Below are positions 1 through 11,250 of a stretch of 64,000 nucleotides of DNA, piece after piece (the first letter of the stretch is position 1; every line of letters starts with the position of its first letter). This DNA comes from Chrysemys picta bellii (taxonomy: Eukaryota). The translations under genes and the position numbers were made by a program. The stretch lies in contig NC_088794.1 in the NCBI RefSeq assembly GCF_011386835.1, forward strand, positions 88,288,001-88,352,000, read 5' to 3'. The notes under the pieces were generated by a model. The model ran no database searches, was not told the DNA's origin, and worked only from the letters and a program-made list of their open reading frames with translations.

Positions 1-116
1 AAGTCATTTAGGAGATCTTTCACACACTGCAGATCCATTTAAAAACTCATGGGTATTGTCAAGGCTGGCCGAATAAATGTTTGTTGTAAATGTCAAGTTC
101 CACTTTTTAAACATAA

Positions 117-210
117 AGGGTTAAATTCTAGTCTCAGTCGTATTCAAATCTTGAAGTAATTCTGGATATAGATGGAATTACTTTGGATTTATACTAATAT
201 AACTGGCAGC
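117..210. repeat. Degenerate palindromic MITE-like relic
   Basis: aaattctagtctcagt...gaagtaattc...ggaattactttggatttatac resembles the palindromic gagtaactccattga...tggagttactc repeat also seen at 11189-11250. Confidence 0.4.
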
Positions 211-1647
211 TGTACTAGAACTTGTGGTGGGTGAGTAACTCTTAAATATCCCATGTGTTTTTGTTCATTTTTCATTGTGTCTGTTTACGAGGCCTGTAGT
301 ATTTGTTCTGAGACTCTAGCAACTTCGCAGGTAGAATTCCCTTTGACTTCAGTGGGAGACTTGTGCGCAGAGCAGCTGCGGAATCATTCTTAAGCAGGGA
401 ACAGCTTTGTGAAGTTTACTTCTAGAGGAAGTAGACTCGCCTGTGCAGCAAGAAGTGGAACCTGCTAACTTGGTCGCTGTTGATTGCATAAAAGAGTGAG
501 TAAAAACAGGAAGCCGTTAGTAGTGCTGTTCATCTGCCTTTGTGCTGCACTCCTCAAACAGGATATTTTCACAAACACAAATAGTGCTGTAGTTTCAGAA
601 TAAACTAGCATTGCTTGTAACAAAAATTGGTTGGCAATAACAGTCTAAACATGCTTTGAGTTTTACCTCTTTGCTCCATACCAGACCGTGTGTCTTGATG
701 CCCCATGTTGTCTAAGAAGTGTGAGTTCCAAGGAGGGCCAGATGGTAGCGGAAGCCTAGCCTGTTTAGCTGTAATTAATGGGATTTGTTGTGGCAATGCA
801 GCAGTATTAATGAAGGGGCTCTCTCTGAAAACACATAGACTCAGAAGTTAGATGTGAAATGGCTCATGTCTCTTTGTCCTCCCCGTTTCCTCCTTGCCTG
901 CACCTTTCACTTCACAAGTGTGAAAGATGGGCAGGCTCTGGAAGCAAAGCACGGCACTAAGAACCGTATTCACTGCAGAAAGGATCAGTGTGTCTCATGC
1001 CACTTCAATCATTCCCCAAGGGGGATTTCTATCCTGGAAACCAGCCCATCCAGCAGTAAATCCTCTTCCCTAATGCAAGTGTGCATAAGTGGAATGTAGT
1101 GGTATTACTTGGCCATCACCTCTTTGACCGTAACCTTGTACGCAAGACAAAGCTGATGGGGCACAGTGAAGTGAAATTTGCTTCTGGAAGCACTTTTACA
1201 TCAGAGGACATCCACTTCCGTCTCCTCTGTTCAGTCTTAGTTTGTAGTTTACATTATCCTTGGCTGCAAACTTGGTAGAAAAAGTCTGCTTTTTAAAGAG
1301 GCAGTTGGACTTGCAGTGCACCACTTTAATGTAATCTCTAATAAAGGAAGTAGAGACTAACTAGTTTTAGCTCCCCATCTTAAGTTTTATAAAGTCCTAA
1401 TGTGTTTGAGCATCTATACACTTGCACTGAATCACTTGTTTCTTTCTTGCTTTTGTGTTTTTTAGTTTACAAAACCGCATTTAAACCACTGCAGGAGGAC
1501 GAGGAAGTGAAATTGAATATAAATAGGAAGCGAGAGTGACCAGATTAGTTTTTGTTTTTGTGTCTCACATATTTTGGGGCTAAGGTAAATAGATGGTGAA
1601 AATTTGAACTAGAATATTCTTTCTTTTGCAGTAAGTAACATAGATGT

Positions 1648-1945
1648 AGGGGATGGCTGCATTGCAGCTGGAAGGTGCGATGCCCATCATGGGTGGATGG
1701 ACTTGCGCTAGCTCAGCTGGAGCTAGCGTGCAAAAAATAGTCTTGTGGATGTTGCGACACTGATGGTGGCTTGGGTGGATCACCCGAGATTGGACCCAGC
1801 GGGTCAGGCAGGCGTGGATTTGGGTGAGTAGCCTGAGCCAATGCTGTGACAGCCACAGTGTGATTTTTTTAGTGCACTAGCTTGAACTGAACCAATGTGA
1901 GTATATTTGTTGGGAACCCCACCTCCCAGCTACAGTGAGAAAAAC
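1648..1945. mobile_element. Harbinger-like MITE (degenerate)
   Basis: Internal gctagc...aaaaatag...gtggatgttgc and its inverted counterpart match the copies at 28869 and 30573; termini are eroded. Confidence 0.65.
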
Positions 1946-3672
1946 ACAGGACAACAACATAAAAAAAATTAAGGCTATCAGGGATGCACATTGAGGTTCC
2001 TACTCAAAGTAAGGGTTATGTCTCTTTCAACAAGATAATTTGTGCTTTGTGATGTGACTTTGAAGGGTTTTAAACTGTTTCACACTGGCTTGCCATGAAA
2101 GCTGTTGCAGTTTGTATGCAGTATTTTAAATGTGCAGATAAATGAAGCGTCGGAGCTTTGATTTTTTTTTCCCCCAAAGTATAGTTTCTGAATTTTTTTC
2201 TTTGGTGACTTGCATCTTTGAAAGTCTTTGAAAAATAGGTATTAAATTAAAGCATGCACTAATGCAGTTATAGTGAGAGAGCTGTCAGAATTTCCATTAC
2301 TGTGGAACCCACTTAAACAAAATACCTCTTTTAAAAAAAAAGTGATTGTTGTATGTCAGATTAGACAAGCACACCAGTACCCTGAAGCTTGCTTAAATGG
2401 AAAAACTGGATAAAGAAATGTGTTCAGTAACACAAAAGGTAAAAAGCAAAAGAAAATTGACGTGCTATGAAAGATACTTAAACTGGCTAGTTAACAATCC
2501 ATGCTGCTTCAGGGTATATTGTTTTTTTCAAAGAAGAGAATCTGCCTCAAAATTTAACAGTCTTTCCACACTGTTGCATCACTTCAGGGGCAACTCTTTT
2601 GTAGACAAAAATACTATTCTTTCTGCAAAGTAGATTGGGATTTTTTTCTTTAAAAGCAGAGAACACAAAGAAATGCCCAAGCACTGCTCTGACATTGGAT
2701 AAATTCCACACTGTTCTATCTACCAGTGTATAGACCCTCTATGATCAATCTGCCACATATAGGACCTTTTCACAAAAGGTATACAACCAAATGAACCTCA
2801 AAGCAGCTGTTCTCTTGTGAGAGGTTGGAAAAAGGGCATAGCGCAAGAGAGAAAGGAGAAGGCAAGAGCATTCGGGAAACTCTAGGACTGCTGCTTCACG
2901 ATATTGCTGGAACAGCACTGTGGAAGATCTGCGTTGCCAAAAGTTAATGCCTGTGTAATGAGTACAAGGCTACAATGGAGATTACCTCATGGGCTGTGCG
3001 CTAGTTTCACTTCAGCAGAGCCTATTAAAAATTGCACAAGCCTCTTAAGTGACCCGCAAAGGCTTTTAAACAGATATGGGGAAGGGGCTACTTCCTTTGT
3101 GCTTGCTCTTGATGAATAAAGGAGACCCTGGTGGCCATAATCTCAGTCACATCAAGTCTGGTGTTCCCCAAATCAGTCCTCAAGCAAAACCAAGCGTCTT
3201 GTGTGCTTGAATGTTCCAAAGGCATTGGGGTTAAATATGTAGTATCAAAAATAAGTTTTTAAACCGTCTGAGTAAAAATTCTTCTTCTCCATAGCTCATT
3301 TTTTCACTATTGTCTCTTATGATATATCTGTTTCAATAGTTCCCTGTTTGCCATCAGATCTTTCAAGGTAGAGAAGACTTATATTTTGAATGCAAGGTTG
3401 TTGATTTTTGGTTTTGTGTTGTGCTCTTTGGGCCTTCTTTATCCATCGTAAAGAAATGAAAAAGGCACAAGCCTATTTTTTTTTTTTCCTTTTGCAAGTC
3501 ACTGTTAAACAAATGTCTGTTCCTCTTACTCCTTGTTTTGAAAGAGGTATAGATGTTTTGGTGCTGCATGATTAGAAGTTTTCTAAGGTATTTGGATATT
3601 TTTTTCTTCTTTTCCCCTCTTCTTTTTAAAGCAATTGAAATTAATGGAAGTATAGTCCAGCAGTTTTGGGTC

Positions 3673-3736
3673 AAATTTTCAAGAGCACTTAAGTCCCATT
3701 GACTTTTTGGTGGGCCTTAAGTGCTCTTGAAAATTT
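3673..3736. repeat. Short palindromic MITE-like element
   Basis: Perfect 21-bp inverted repeat aaattttcaagagcacttaag (3673-3693) / cttaagtgctcttgaaaattt (3716-3736) around a cccattgac core. Confidence 0.75.
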
Positions 3737-4050
3737 TACCTTTCAATGTCTGTTTTGGAGGGAGATTGCAACAGTGTTTGAATCTCAATGATATTTTACA
3801 AATCATTAGCCCATAATCTTCCATTTTAATATTTGCTATTTAAATATCTCCATGTACCTCTGGATTTACTCTTTACCCCTTCAGAAAACTTGCTGAGGGA
3901 ATTTGAAATCGAGGGCTGAATTCTGTGGCACAGGCCTGCATCTAAAATGAACCTCCATAGTTCATGTCCCCCAGTTACTTTATGTAACAATTGCTGCTAC
4001 TCATTCAGCAATAGGTTCCATTTTATGAAATGTACACTCTTAACCCTTAT

Positions 4051-4275
4051 AAAAACAAGGAGTCCGGTGGCACCTTAAAGGCTAACAGATTTATTTGGGC
4101 ATAAGCTTTCGTGGGTAAACCCCCCCCCTGAATATTGTACTGAATATGAATATATAAATATAATATATTCATGCCTGCATCTGTAACTTTCACTCCATGC
4201 ATCTGCAGATCCTTCTGCAGATTCATGGAGTGAAAGTTACAGATGCAGGCATAAATATATTGAGGCATGAAGAGA
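4051..4275. mobile_element. Rearranged Penelope-like terminal (pLTR) fragment
   Basis: aaaaacaaggagtccggtggcaccttaaaggctaacagatttatttgggcataagctttcgtggg is homologous to the pLTR copies at 35458 and 53270. It is followed by a 47-bp inverted repeat. Confidence 0.8.
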
Positions 4276-4276
4276 A

Positions 4277-4450
4277 GCATTGGCCTGCTAAACCCAGGGT
4301 TGTGAGTTCAATCCTTGAGGGGGCCACTTAGGGATCTGGGGCAAAATCAGTACTTGGTCCTGCTAGTGAAAGCAGGGGGCTGGACTCTATGACCTCTCTG
4401 GGTCCCTTCCAGTTCTAGGGGATAGGATATCTCCATTTATTTATTTATTT
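4277..4450 (+). mobile_element. Tortoise Pol III/SINE, 5'-truncated
   Basis: agcattggcctgctaaacccagggttgtgagttcaatcc (tRNA-like, B box), a CR1-like 3' part ggtcccttccagttcta, and a (TTTA)n tail; near-identical to 21763. Confidence 0.9.
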
Positions 4451-4595
4451 AAGTGAAGAACCAGTGTGACAGGGCCAATTCAATCAGAGTGGATGTGGTC
4501 TTTTGAGGGTTTGTTATTTTGCAGGATGTTTAACCATTTCTGGCCATGAGTCACTGTCACAGCACATTTGCTGAAAACATTGTTTATGTTCTCAT

Positions 4596-4770
4596 TTTTA
4601 CAATATAATAAAATAACTGGAATATAAATATTGTACTTCAGTTTCAGTGTGTAGTATATTGAGCCGTATAAAAGTCGTTGTCTGTTTGAAATTTTAGTTT
4701 GTACTGACTTCACTAGTGCTTTTTATGTAGCCCGTTGTAAAATGAGGAAAATACATCCAGTCATCTAGAT
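4596..4770. mobile_element. DNA-transposon (hAT-type MITE) internal fragment
   Basis: aaattttagtttgtactgacttcactagtgctttttatgtagcccgttgtaaaa resembles a turtle MITE as I recall it; a related piece tgttataaaactaggcaaatatctagatgag lies at ~7512-7543. Confidence 0.45.
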
Positions 4771-4826
4771 ATCTCTAACTTGAGCTTTTAGATCTCTTGT
4801 TGGATTCTCCATTGTCTTCTGGTGAG

Positions 4827-4918
4827 ATTTTCAAAAGCACCTATGTGATTTAGGAACACAGATCCCATGGACTGTCAGTGGGACTTGTGCTTCTAGGTCA
4901 TGCTGATGCTTCTGAATT
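4827..4918. repeat. Palindromic MITE-like relic (longer variant of 3673 family)
   Basis: attttcaaaagcacc...gatcccatggactgtcagtgggacttgtgc...gatgcttctgaat is an imperfect palindrome. Confidence 0.6.
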
Positions 4919-5953
4919 TTTTTAACATAATTTTAAAAAATATTTTGGAGACAGCTATAACTAGAAATGGTTCTCAGGTAAGAGACATGTTAAGTTTAGA
5001 ATTCAGTATAGTGGTATCTCCTGCTGTGTTGGAACATGTAACTGAAAAATGCAGGTAGGTGAGTAGATGAAACAAAGTAACTCCCCTCCCTTGTCATCTC
5101 CCTCCACCTGCTGCAGCCAGAGTGAACAACAGAAGGTGAGAGTTCTGAACTTTTAATACCCTTTAAAAGACCACACCAACATAACCAGACCTATAGAAGT
5201 TTTATTGTAATTCTTGGCTTTACAGAATGGATGTGCACAAATGTGATCAGACACACTGATATTTTAACTTGCTGCAATTATTGGGTTTTTTCCTCCCCGC
5301 CCCCAAGAGAAAACGCATAGCAGCATTTTGCAGTCAACAGTGGAACCTGAAGCCTAGACCTACAATGAGGAACACTTTGAATGTAATTTAACATTTAAAA
5401 TGAGTCAACTAAACAATCCCTTACCTGTAAGTAAGCCCCTTTGTTTTCAGTTTAAACCAATTTTTTTTATTGAAAAATTCCAGGGTTTTACAAAAAGTAT
5501 TCATTTTTTTTCTGATTTTTCACCCTAATTTTGTGTCATTCAAATATATAAAAAATAACTTGTTTTATTAGAAGAATACAATATTACAATAATACATTAG
5601 TCTGTGTGTATATGCACAGCTGCCTGTTGAAGTAAGGCTATATATTAGTCTAAAAGATGCACACAATAAACAAACAGGCATATACGCAAGCGCTGAAGTG
5701 CGTGCACATCTGAACGTGGTGATGAATCTCTCACCCACCGCGTACACATTTCAAGCTATTAGCAGATAACGGTTTAAAGATTTAACCCACTAAAATGGGA
5801 AGAAAACGAAAATCTGTATCAGAGTACGTTTCAGAACATAAGGAAGTAGTTACAAGTTTTAAAAAAAAAAAACAGAAGAAAAGGATGAAGTTGAGTGTAT
5901 AAGCTGCAGATAGTGTGTTTCAGTTATTAAATATAAATATTTGTAGGCTAATA

Positions 5954-6589
5954 TAGGGTTACCATACGTCCGGTTTTTCCCGGACATGTCTGGCTTTTTG
6001 GTAATCAAACCCCCGTCCGGGGGGGAATTTCCAAAAAGCCGAACATGTCCGGGAAAAATACTCCCTGGCTTACCTTAGAGCGGGCGTTGGGGGCTGCTGT
6101 GCTCCCTGACTCCTGGGCTCTGTAAGCGCCGAGCTGCCCAAGCGCTATGGGCTTCGGGTGACCCCCATGCCTCTGGACCCTGTGCCCCCGGCCGGGCACT
6201 TCCCCTCCGGGGGTGCAGGGTCCGGAGGCATGGCGGTGCCCGAAGCCCGAGCGCTACCGGCTTCACGGTTTGCTGGGCAGCCTCCAGACCCTGCACCCCC
6301 GGCTGGGTGCTTCCACTCTCGGGCTCCAGCTGTGCTGGGGAAGCGCCGGCCGGGGGCTCAGGGTCTGGGGGCTGCCCGGCAAACCGTGAAGCCAGTAGCG
6401 CTCGGGCAGCCCTTTTCACGTGGCTGGGAGGGAGGAGGGGGAATGCGGGGCGCTCAGGGGAGGGGGCAGAGTTAGGGTGGGGGCTTTGGGGAAGGGGTGG
6501 AGTTGGGGCAGAGCTTGGGATGGGAAAGGGGTGGGGCCAGGGCCCCATGGAGTGTCCTCTTTTTTTATTTTTTAAATATGGTAACCCTA
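5954..6589. mobile_element. hAT (Blackjack-like) MITE with GC-rich core
   Basis: 13-bp TIR tagggttaccata / tatggtaacccta. Flanking direct repeat gctaata (5947-5953, 6590-6596). Internal inverted repeat 6246-6293 / 6359-6406 (45/48). Confidence 0.88.
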
Positions 6590-6814
6590 GCTAATAGTTC
6601 TAAGTGTACAGCAGTAAACTGTTTATTCAAATGAAAGTTTTATTTGGGGATTAGAGATGTATTGTTTTCTTAAACTCAGAGGTGGCATTGTGTTTTTAGT
6701 TCTGCAGCAAACCACATTGATGAATGGAATTCAAAGCATTAATCTACTGAATACTTTCCGCCCGTCTTTCCATCCACCAAAATAAACCCTGATATTTACC
6801 CAGAAAAATTATTA

Positions 6815-7478
6815 CAGTAAAAGCTTTAACTGGCATGCTGTGGGTAGGGGGGTGCTAGTAAATTTTAAAATGCCGGTTAACTGAGAGGGAGGGGTTTGGA
6901 GTGCGGGGTGGTGGTGCGAGATAGGACCTGTGGGGCATGGGCTCTGGGAGGGAGTTTGGGTCTGGGAGGGGGCTTGGGGCAGGGGGTTAGGGTGTGGGAG
7001 GGGGCTTCGGGTGTCATATGGGGGAGGGCACTCGCCTCCAGCTGCTCCCCACAAGTGGCTCCCTGTCCTTGCTGCTCCTGGCGGAGGCATGGCCAGGCAG
7101 CTCTGCAAGCGGGCACGCTGCCTTTGTCTGCAGGCATCGCCCCTGCAGCTCCCATTGGCCACGGTTCCCGGCCATTGAGCTGGGAGCCGTGTGGTCAGTG
7201 CTTGGGGAGGAGGTACAGAGGCAACGTGCCTGCAGAGAGCTGCCTGGCCGTGCCTCCAACTGCAGCGGAAGGGACGGGGAACTGCTGGAGGTGAGCGGCC
7301 CCCCATATCCGGCACCCCAAGCCCCCTCCCAGAGTGCACCCTGCAGCCCCTCCCACACCCCAGCCCCCTGCTGGCCCCGCACCAACCGCACTATAAACTG
7401 CACTTTCAGTGCAGATCAGAAATGCAGGTTTATAGAGCTTGCTGGTTGGTGAAGTGCCGGATAAAAGAGCTTTTACTG
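6815..7478. mobile_element. Tc1/mariner (Tigger-like) MITE with GC-rich core
   Basis: TA|cagtaaaagct...agcttttactg|TA termini with TA target duplication. Confidence 0.85.
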
Positions 7479-7830
7479 TAATTGTTTTTTGCACTGATTT
7501 TTCACCTGTTTTTGTTATAAAACTAGGCAAATATCTAGATGAGAAAAATCTAGTGAAAAATTAAAATAAAATTAAAACTGAGAACAAAGGGCCCTACCTG
7601 TAAGCTAAATTCCTGGCTGGGAAGGAAGGGAAAAGACTGAAGACATGCTTAATACAAGGCATTACAATATAGACTGAAATGATCCGATTATTTTCCTCTC
7701 CATCTTATCTTTTAATAGCTTTGCCTTGTTTTTATCTGTTTTTATCATTTCTGCAGATGAACTTGTTGAGGAAGGGGTGTAGGTTGTGCAATCAACCCCT
7801 TTCTGCCTCTCCCCCCCCCCCCTCCCCACC

Positions 7831-9247
7831 TTCATATGTTCCAAGGTCAGAAGGGACCATTGGGATCATCTAGTCTGACGTCCTGTGCGACACATGCCAG
7901 AGAACTTCCCCACAATAATGCCTAGAGCAGACCTTTTTTAGGAAAACATCTAGTCTTCATTTCATCACTACAACCCTTGGCAAATTGTTCCAATGGTTAA
8001 TTACTTTGTGTTTAAAAATTAATGCCTTATTTCCAGTCTGAATATATCTAGCTTCACCTTCCAGCCATTGGATCATGTTATACCTTTCTCTGCTAGATTG
8101 AAGAGCCCATTATTAAATATTTGTCCCCCATATAGATACTTAAACTGTAATCAAGTCACCCTTTAACTTTCATTTTAAGCCAAATAGATTGCGCTCTTTG
8201 AGTCTATCACTATAAGGTTGGTTTTCTAATTCTTTGATCAGTCTCATGGCTCTTCCCTGAACCTTCTCCAATTGTGGTCACTAGAACTGGACAGTGTTCA
8301 GCAGCAGTTGCACCAGTGCCATAAATAGAGGTAAAATCTTTCTACTCCTACTCGCGATTCCCCTGTTTATGCATTCCAAGATAGCATTAGCTCTGTTGGC
8401 CACAGCGTCACACTGGGAACTCATGTTCCGCTATTATCCACCACTTCCTCCAAGTTTTTATCCTGGGAAGCAGTGACTCAGAAAGAGCCCCTCATCCCAC
8501 AAGTATAACCTTTTGTTCCTAAAATATACATTTACTTTTAGCCTTATTAAAAAGTGAATTGTTTGCTTGCGCGCAGTTTACTAAATGACTCATATCTCTG
8601 AATCTGTCCTCTTCGTTATTTACCATTCCCCCAATCTGTGTGTCATCTGCAATCTTTATTGTTGGTGATTGTATATTTTTTCCCAAGGTCATTAATAATT
8701 TTAAATAACATAAAGCTGAGAATCTGTGGTACCCGACTGGAAACACACCTACTGATATGCTCGATGACAATTACATGTTTACAGTTACATTTGAGACCTA
8801 TCACTTAGCCTGCCTTTAATCCATTTAATATGTGCCATGTTAATTTTATATTCTAGTTTTTTAATCAAAACATTGTGTGGTACCGAGTCAAATGGAAATC
8901 CAAGTATATTATGTCAACTCTGTTACCTTTATCAACCAAACTTGTAATCTCATAAACTAACTTCATATCTTTTTTGGACAGAATCTATTCTCCTTAAACC
9001 CATGTTGGTTTGCATTACTTTCATTACCCTCATTTAATTCTTTATTAATCGAGTCCTGTATCAGCCGCTCCAGTATCTTGGCCGTGATCGATACCAGGCT
9101 GAAAGGCCTCTAATTATCCAGGTCATCCCATTTACCCTGTTGGTTTTTTTTTGTTTTTGTTTTTAAATTGGTACAACACTAGCTTTCTTCCAGTCTTTTG
9201 GAACTTTCCCAGAGTTCCAAGACTTATTGATGATCAATATTAACATC
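7831..9247 (-). mobile_element. CR1 LINE, 3' portion (decayed RT)
   Basis: Minus-strand RT remnant KIADDTQIGGMVNNEEDR (ORF 8519-8770). The CR1 3' UTR begins ccaaggtcagaagggacc. Confidence 0.9.
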
Positions 9248-10733
9248 CGATGATGGTGCTGCCACTGCAGAGGTGGTAGGGGTGAGTGGGGAATTCAAGG
9301 GCAGTGCTAAACAGGATGGGTAGCTTCCCTCTCACCCCTTTGGCTCAGCTGACACTTAGAAACCTTTGAAAAACACTGGTGGTAATGAATTGAGGAGTAC
9401 TGCATTTAGTGTGGGTTAAATGATTGGCTAGCTTAATGGCCTAGGTGAAGGCAGTTATCCCCAGCCTATCATTAAACCCCAGAAAATTCCGAGCCCAGGG
9501 TAACCTGAAAATAAAAACTAGTAGATGGATGTGCATGTGTGGATTCTTTTTTATTCTCAACTGGTATGTGCATGGCACTTGTAGAGAAGGCATATCTTGT
9601 ACTTCAGCTATTTATATTGAGTAATTTTTAACATTCCATTTATCTTTTTTTGTAATTAGAAGCAATTATTCTAAAATGTCACCGCCTTATAGCTATTTCT
9701 CTTCCTCTGGGTGTGTTAATTATGAAGGACAATGGTGTTGAAAACTGGATTTTTTCATGTGTGAAAGAGTACATCTCCAGCTCTCCCACCTAAAGTTTTA
9801 ATCTTTGATAGAAGAGACTCTGAACAATTCCACAACAACTAAGTATCTTTCAAATGGAGGATCATGATTTCTAGTAATGGGGAGCAGTTGAACTCTTCAG
9901 AAACAAAAAATCCTGTGGGTAATAAGTAAAGAGAAGAGAATACAGGGAAATATGGTACATAAGCAGAAGCATCTCTCAGACTATTATGTTTGAAGTTTCC
10001 TGTAAGGCTCTTTAACCTATGTCTTCAGTAAGTGTTTTATGTCCTAGTAATCAGCTGTAACTATCAGTTTAAAGCAGGAAAATTTACATTATTTTTAGGT
10101 CTCTCTCTCTCTCTCTGTTTTGTGATGTGAAGAAATTGGAGAACCCTATTCTAAATCTGTCTAGATGTTTATTTTCATGGCAGCATTCTCTTTTCAAAAT
10201 GAAGTACTGAGCCATGCAGCACATGAGAGGGAATACCAGTGACTATTTTGGGAAGACTTTTAAAACTAATATAAATTAGTCAAAAGAAATTGCCTGTTTG
10301 ATGCCCAGGTGAGATTTCACCTGCCTGTTTCCATATGCAAAGACTGACTGGCTGGTTAGATTCTTGGTGTGAGCCCAAAAACCCATAAAAATTCACATAA
10401 ATCCCAAGCCAGTCCCTGGTTTGAGGGGGAGGATGTGTGCATATGTAAAGCTGTTTGTTTACTGTATCATGGCCATTGCAGATGTATATACCCAGTGTAA
10501 TGGAACCAGTGTAATTTTTACTGATTTTAAGCTATTAGATACATTATTCAATGGTTCTGAACAACTTTTATTGTAAAAGGATGTTTTCCCATCGCAAGCA
10601 ACTTTATGTGAATGAAAGTATTGTGTGCCAGGACTTCTCCTTTCATTAACTGAAACTGTGAGCCCAACACTTCTTTGTGTGCTGCAACTTTCCCTTTTTT
10701 GCTGTAACAACCAACTAGATTTACCTATAACAT

Positions 10734-10766
10734 GCGCGCGCGCGCGCGCTCTCTCTCTCTCTCTCT
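10734..10766. repeat. (GC)8 followed by (TC)n microsatellite
   Basis: Direct reading: gcgcgcgcgcgcgcgc then tctctc... Confidence 0.95.
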
Positions 10767-11188
10767 CACAACATACACTTGCTGTTCTGGGGAGTGGATG
10801 GGTCTAGGCAACTGATAATGGGATATAGTGTTGTAGGTTAGAATCCAGCACACTTTGATAGTGGCAAAGGTATTGCTCTTCGTGACCTTTTACAAAATGT
10901 TTGTGAGAAGGTGGGAAGTTGGACTGTAGTGGCAACTAGACACTTGCCCACTTGACTGATCTGTCAAAACTGGTATGTATTTGTCCATCTTGGAATGTGA
11001 GTAAGAAGGCCAAGGGTTGAAGGAGTTATGCAGACTGACCTGTTCCTTCGGGTGAAGTTTGAGGCAAGTGTGTGGGGAAGCCTGCATTGCCTGCTGTACC
11101 TGTTCTGTGATGCTTACATTAGCACTAAATTCACTGAACCTCCCATGTGCCTGTGGCCCCCTCCCCCACCCTGCATTCTGTAGGAAGA

Positions 11189-11250
11189 CCCATTGATTTC
11201 AATGGAGTTACTCTAGATTTACACCTGTGACTAAGATCAGAATTTGACCC
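11189..11250. repeat. Half copy of palindromic MITE-like repeat
   Basis: cccattgatttcaatggagttactctagatttacacctgtgactaagatcagaatttgaccc. Confidence 0.55.

Noticed and set aside
1466-1539. Acceptor followed by YKTAFKPLQEDEEVKLNINRKRE*
   Set aside because: No donor, no recognisable homology, and inconsistent with a position inside the SUSD6 upstream intron. An upstream gene's last exon cannot be excluded but is unsupported.
6005-7530. Many long overlapping ORFs (up to 175 aa) on both strands
   Set aside because: They lie in GC-rich MITE cores bounded by TIRs and TSDs. They are low-complexity Pro/Gly/Ala-rich products expected from a lack of stop codons.
640-7660. Full canonical p53 response element
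   Set aside because: Only isolated perfect half-sites (e.g. aaacatgctt ~644, agacatgctt ~7641, and the MITE pair 49 bp apart); none is paired within 0-13 bp.
7757-7782. Strong acceptor tttttatcatttctgcag|ATG
   Set aside because: No convincing donor (TAG|gttgtg), and it runs into a CR1.
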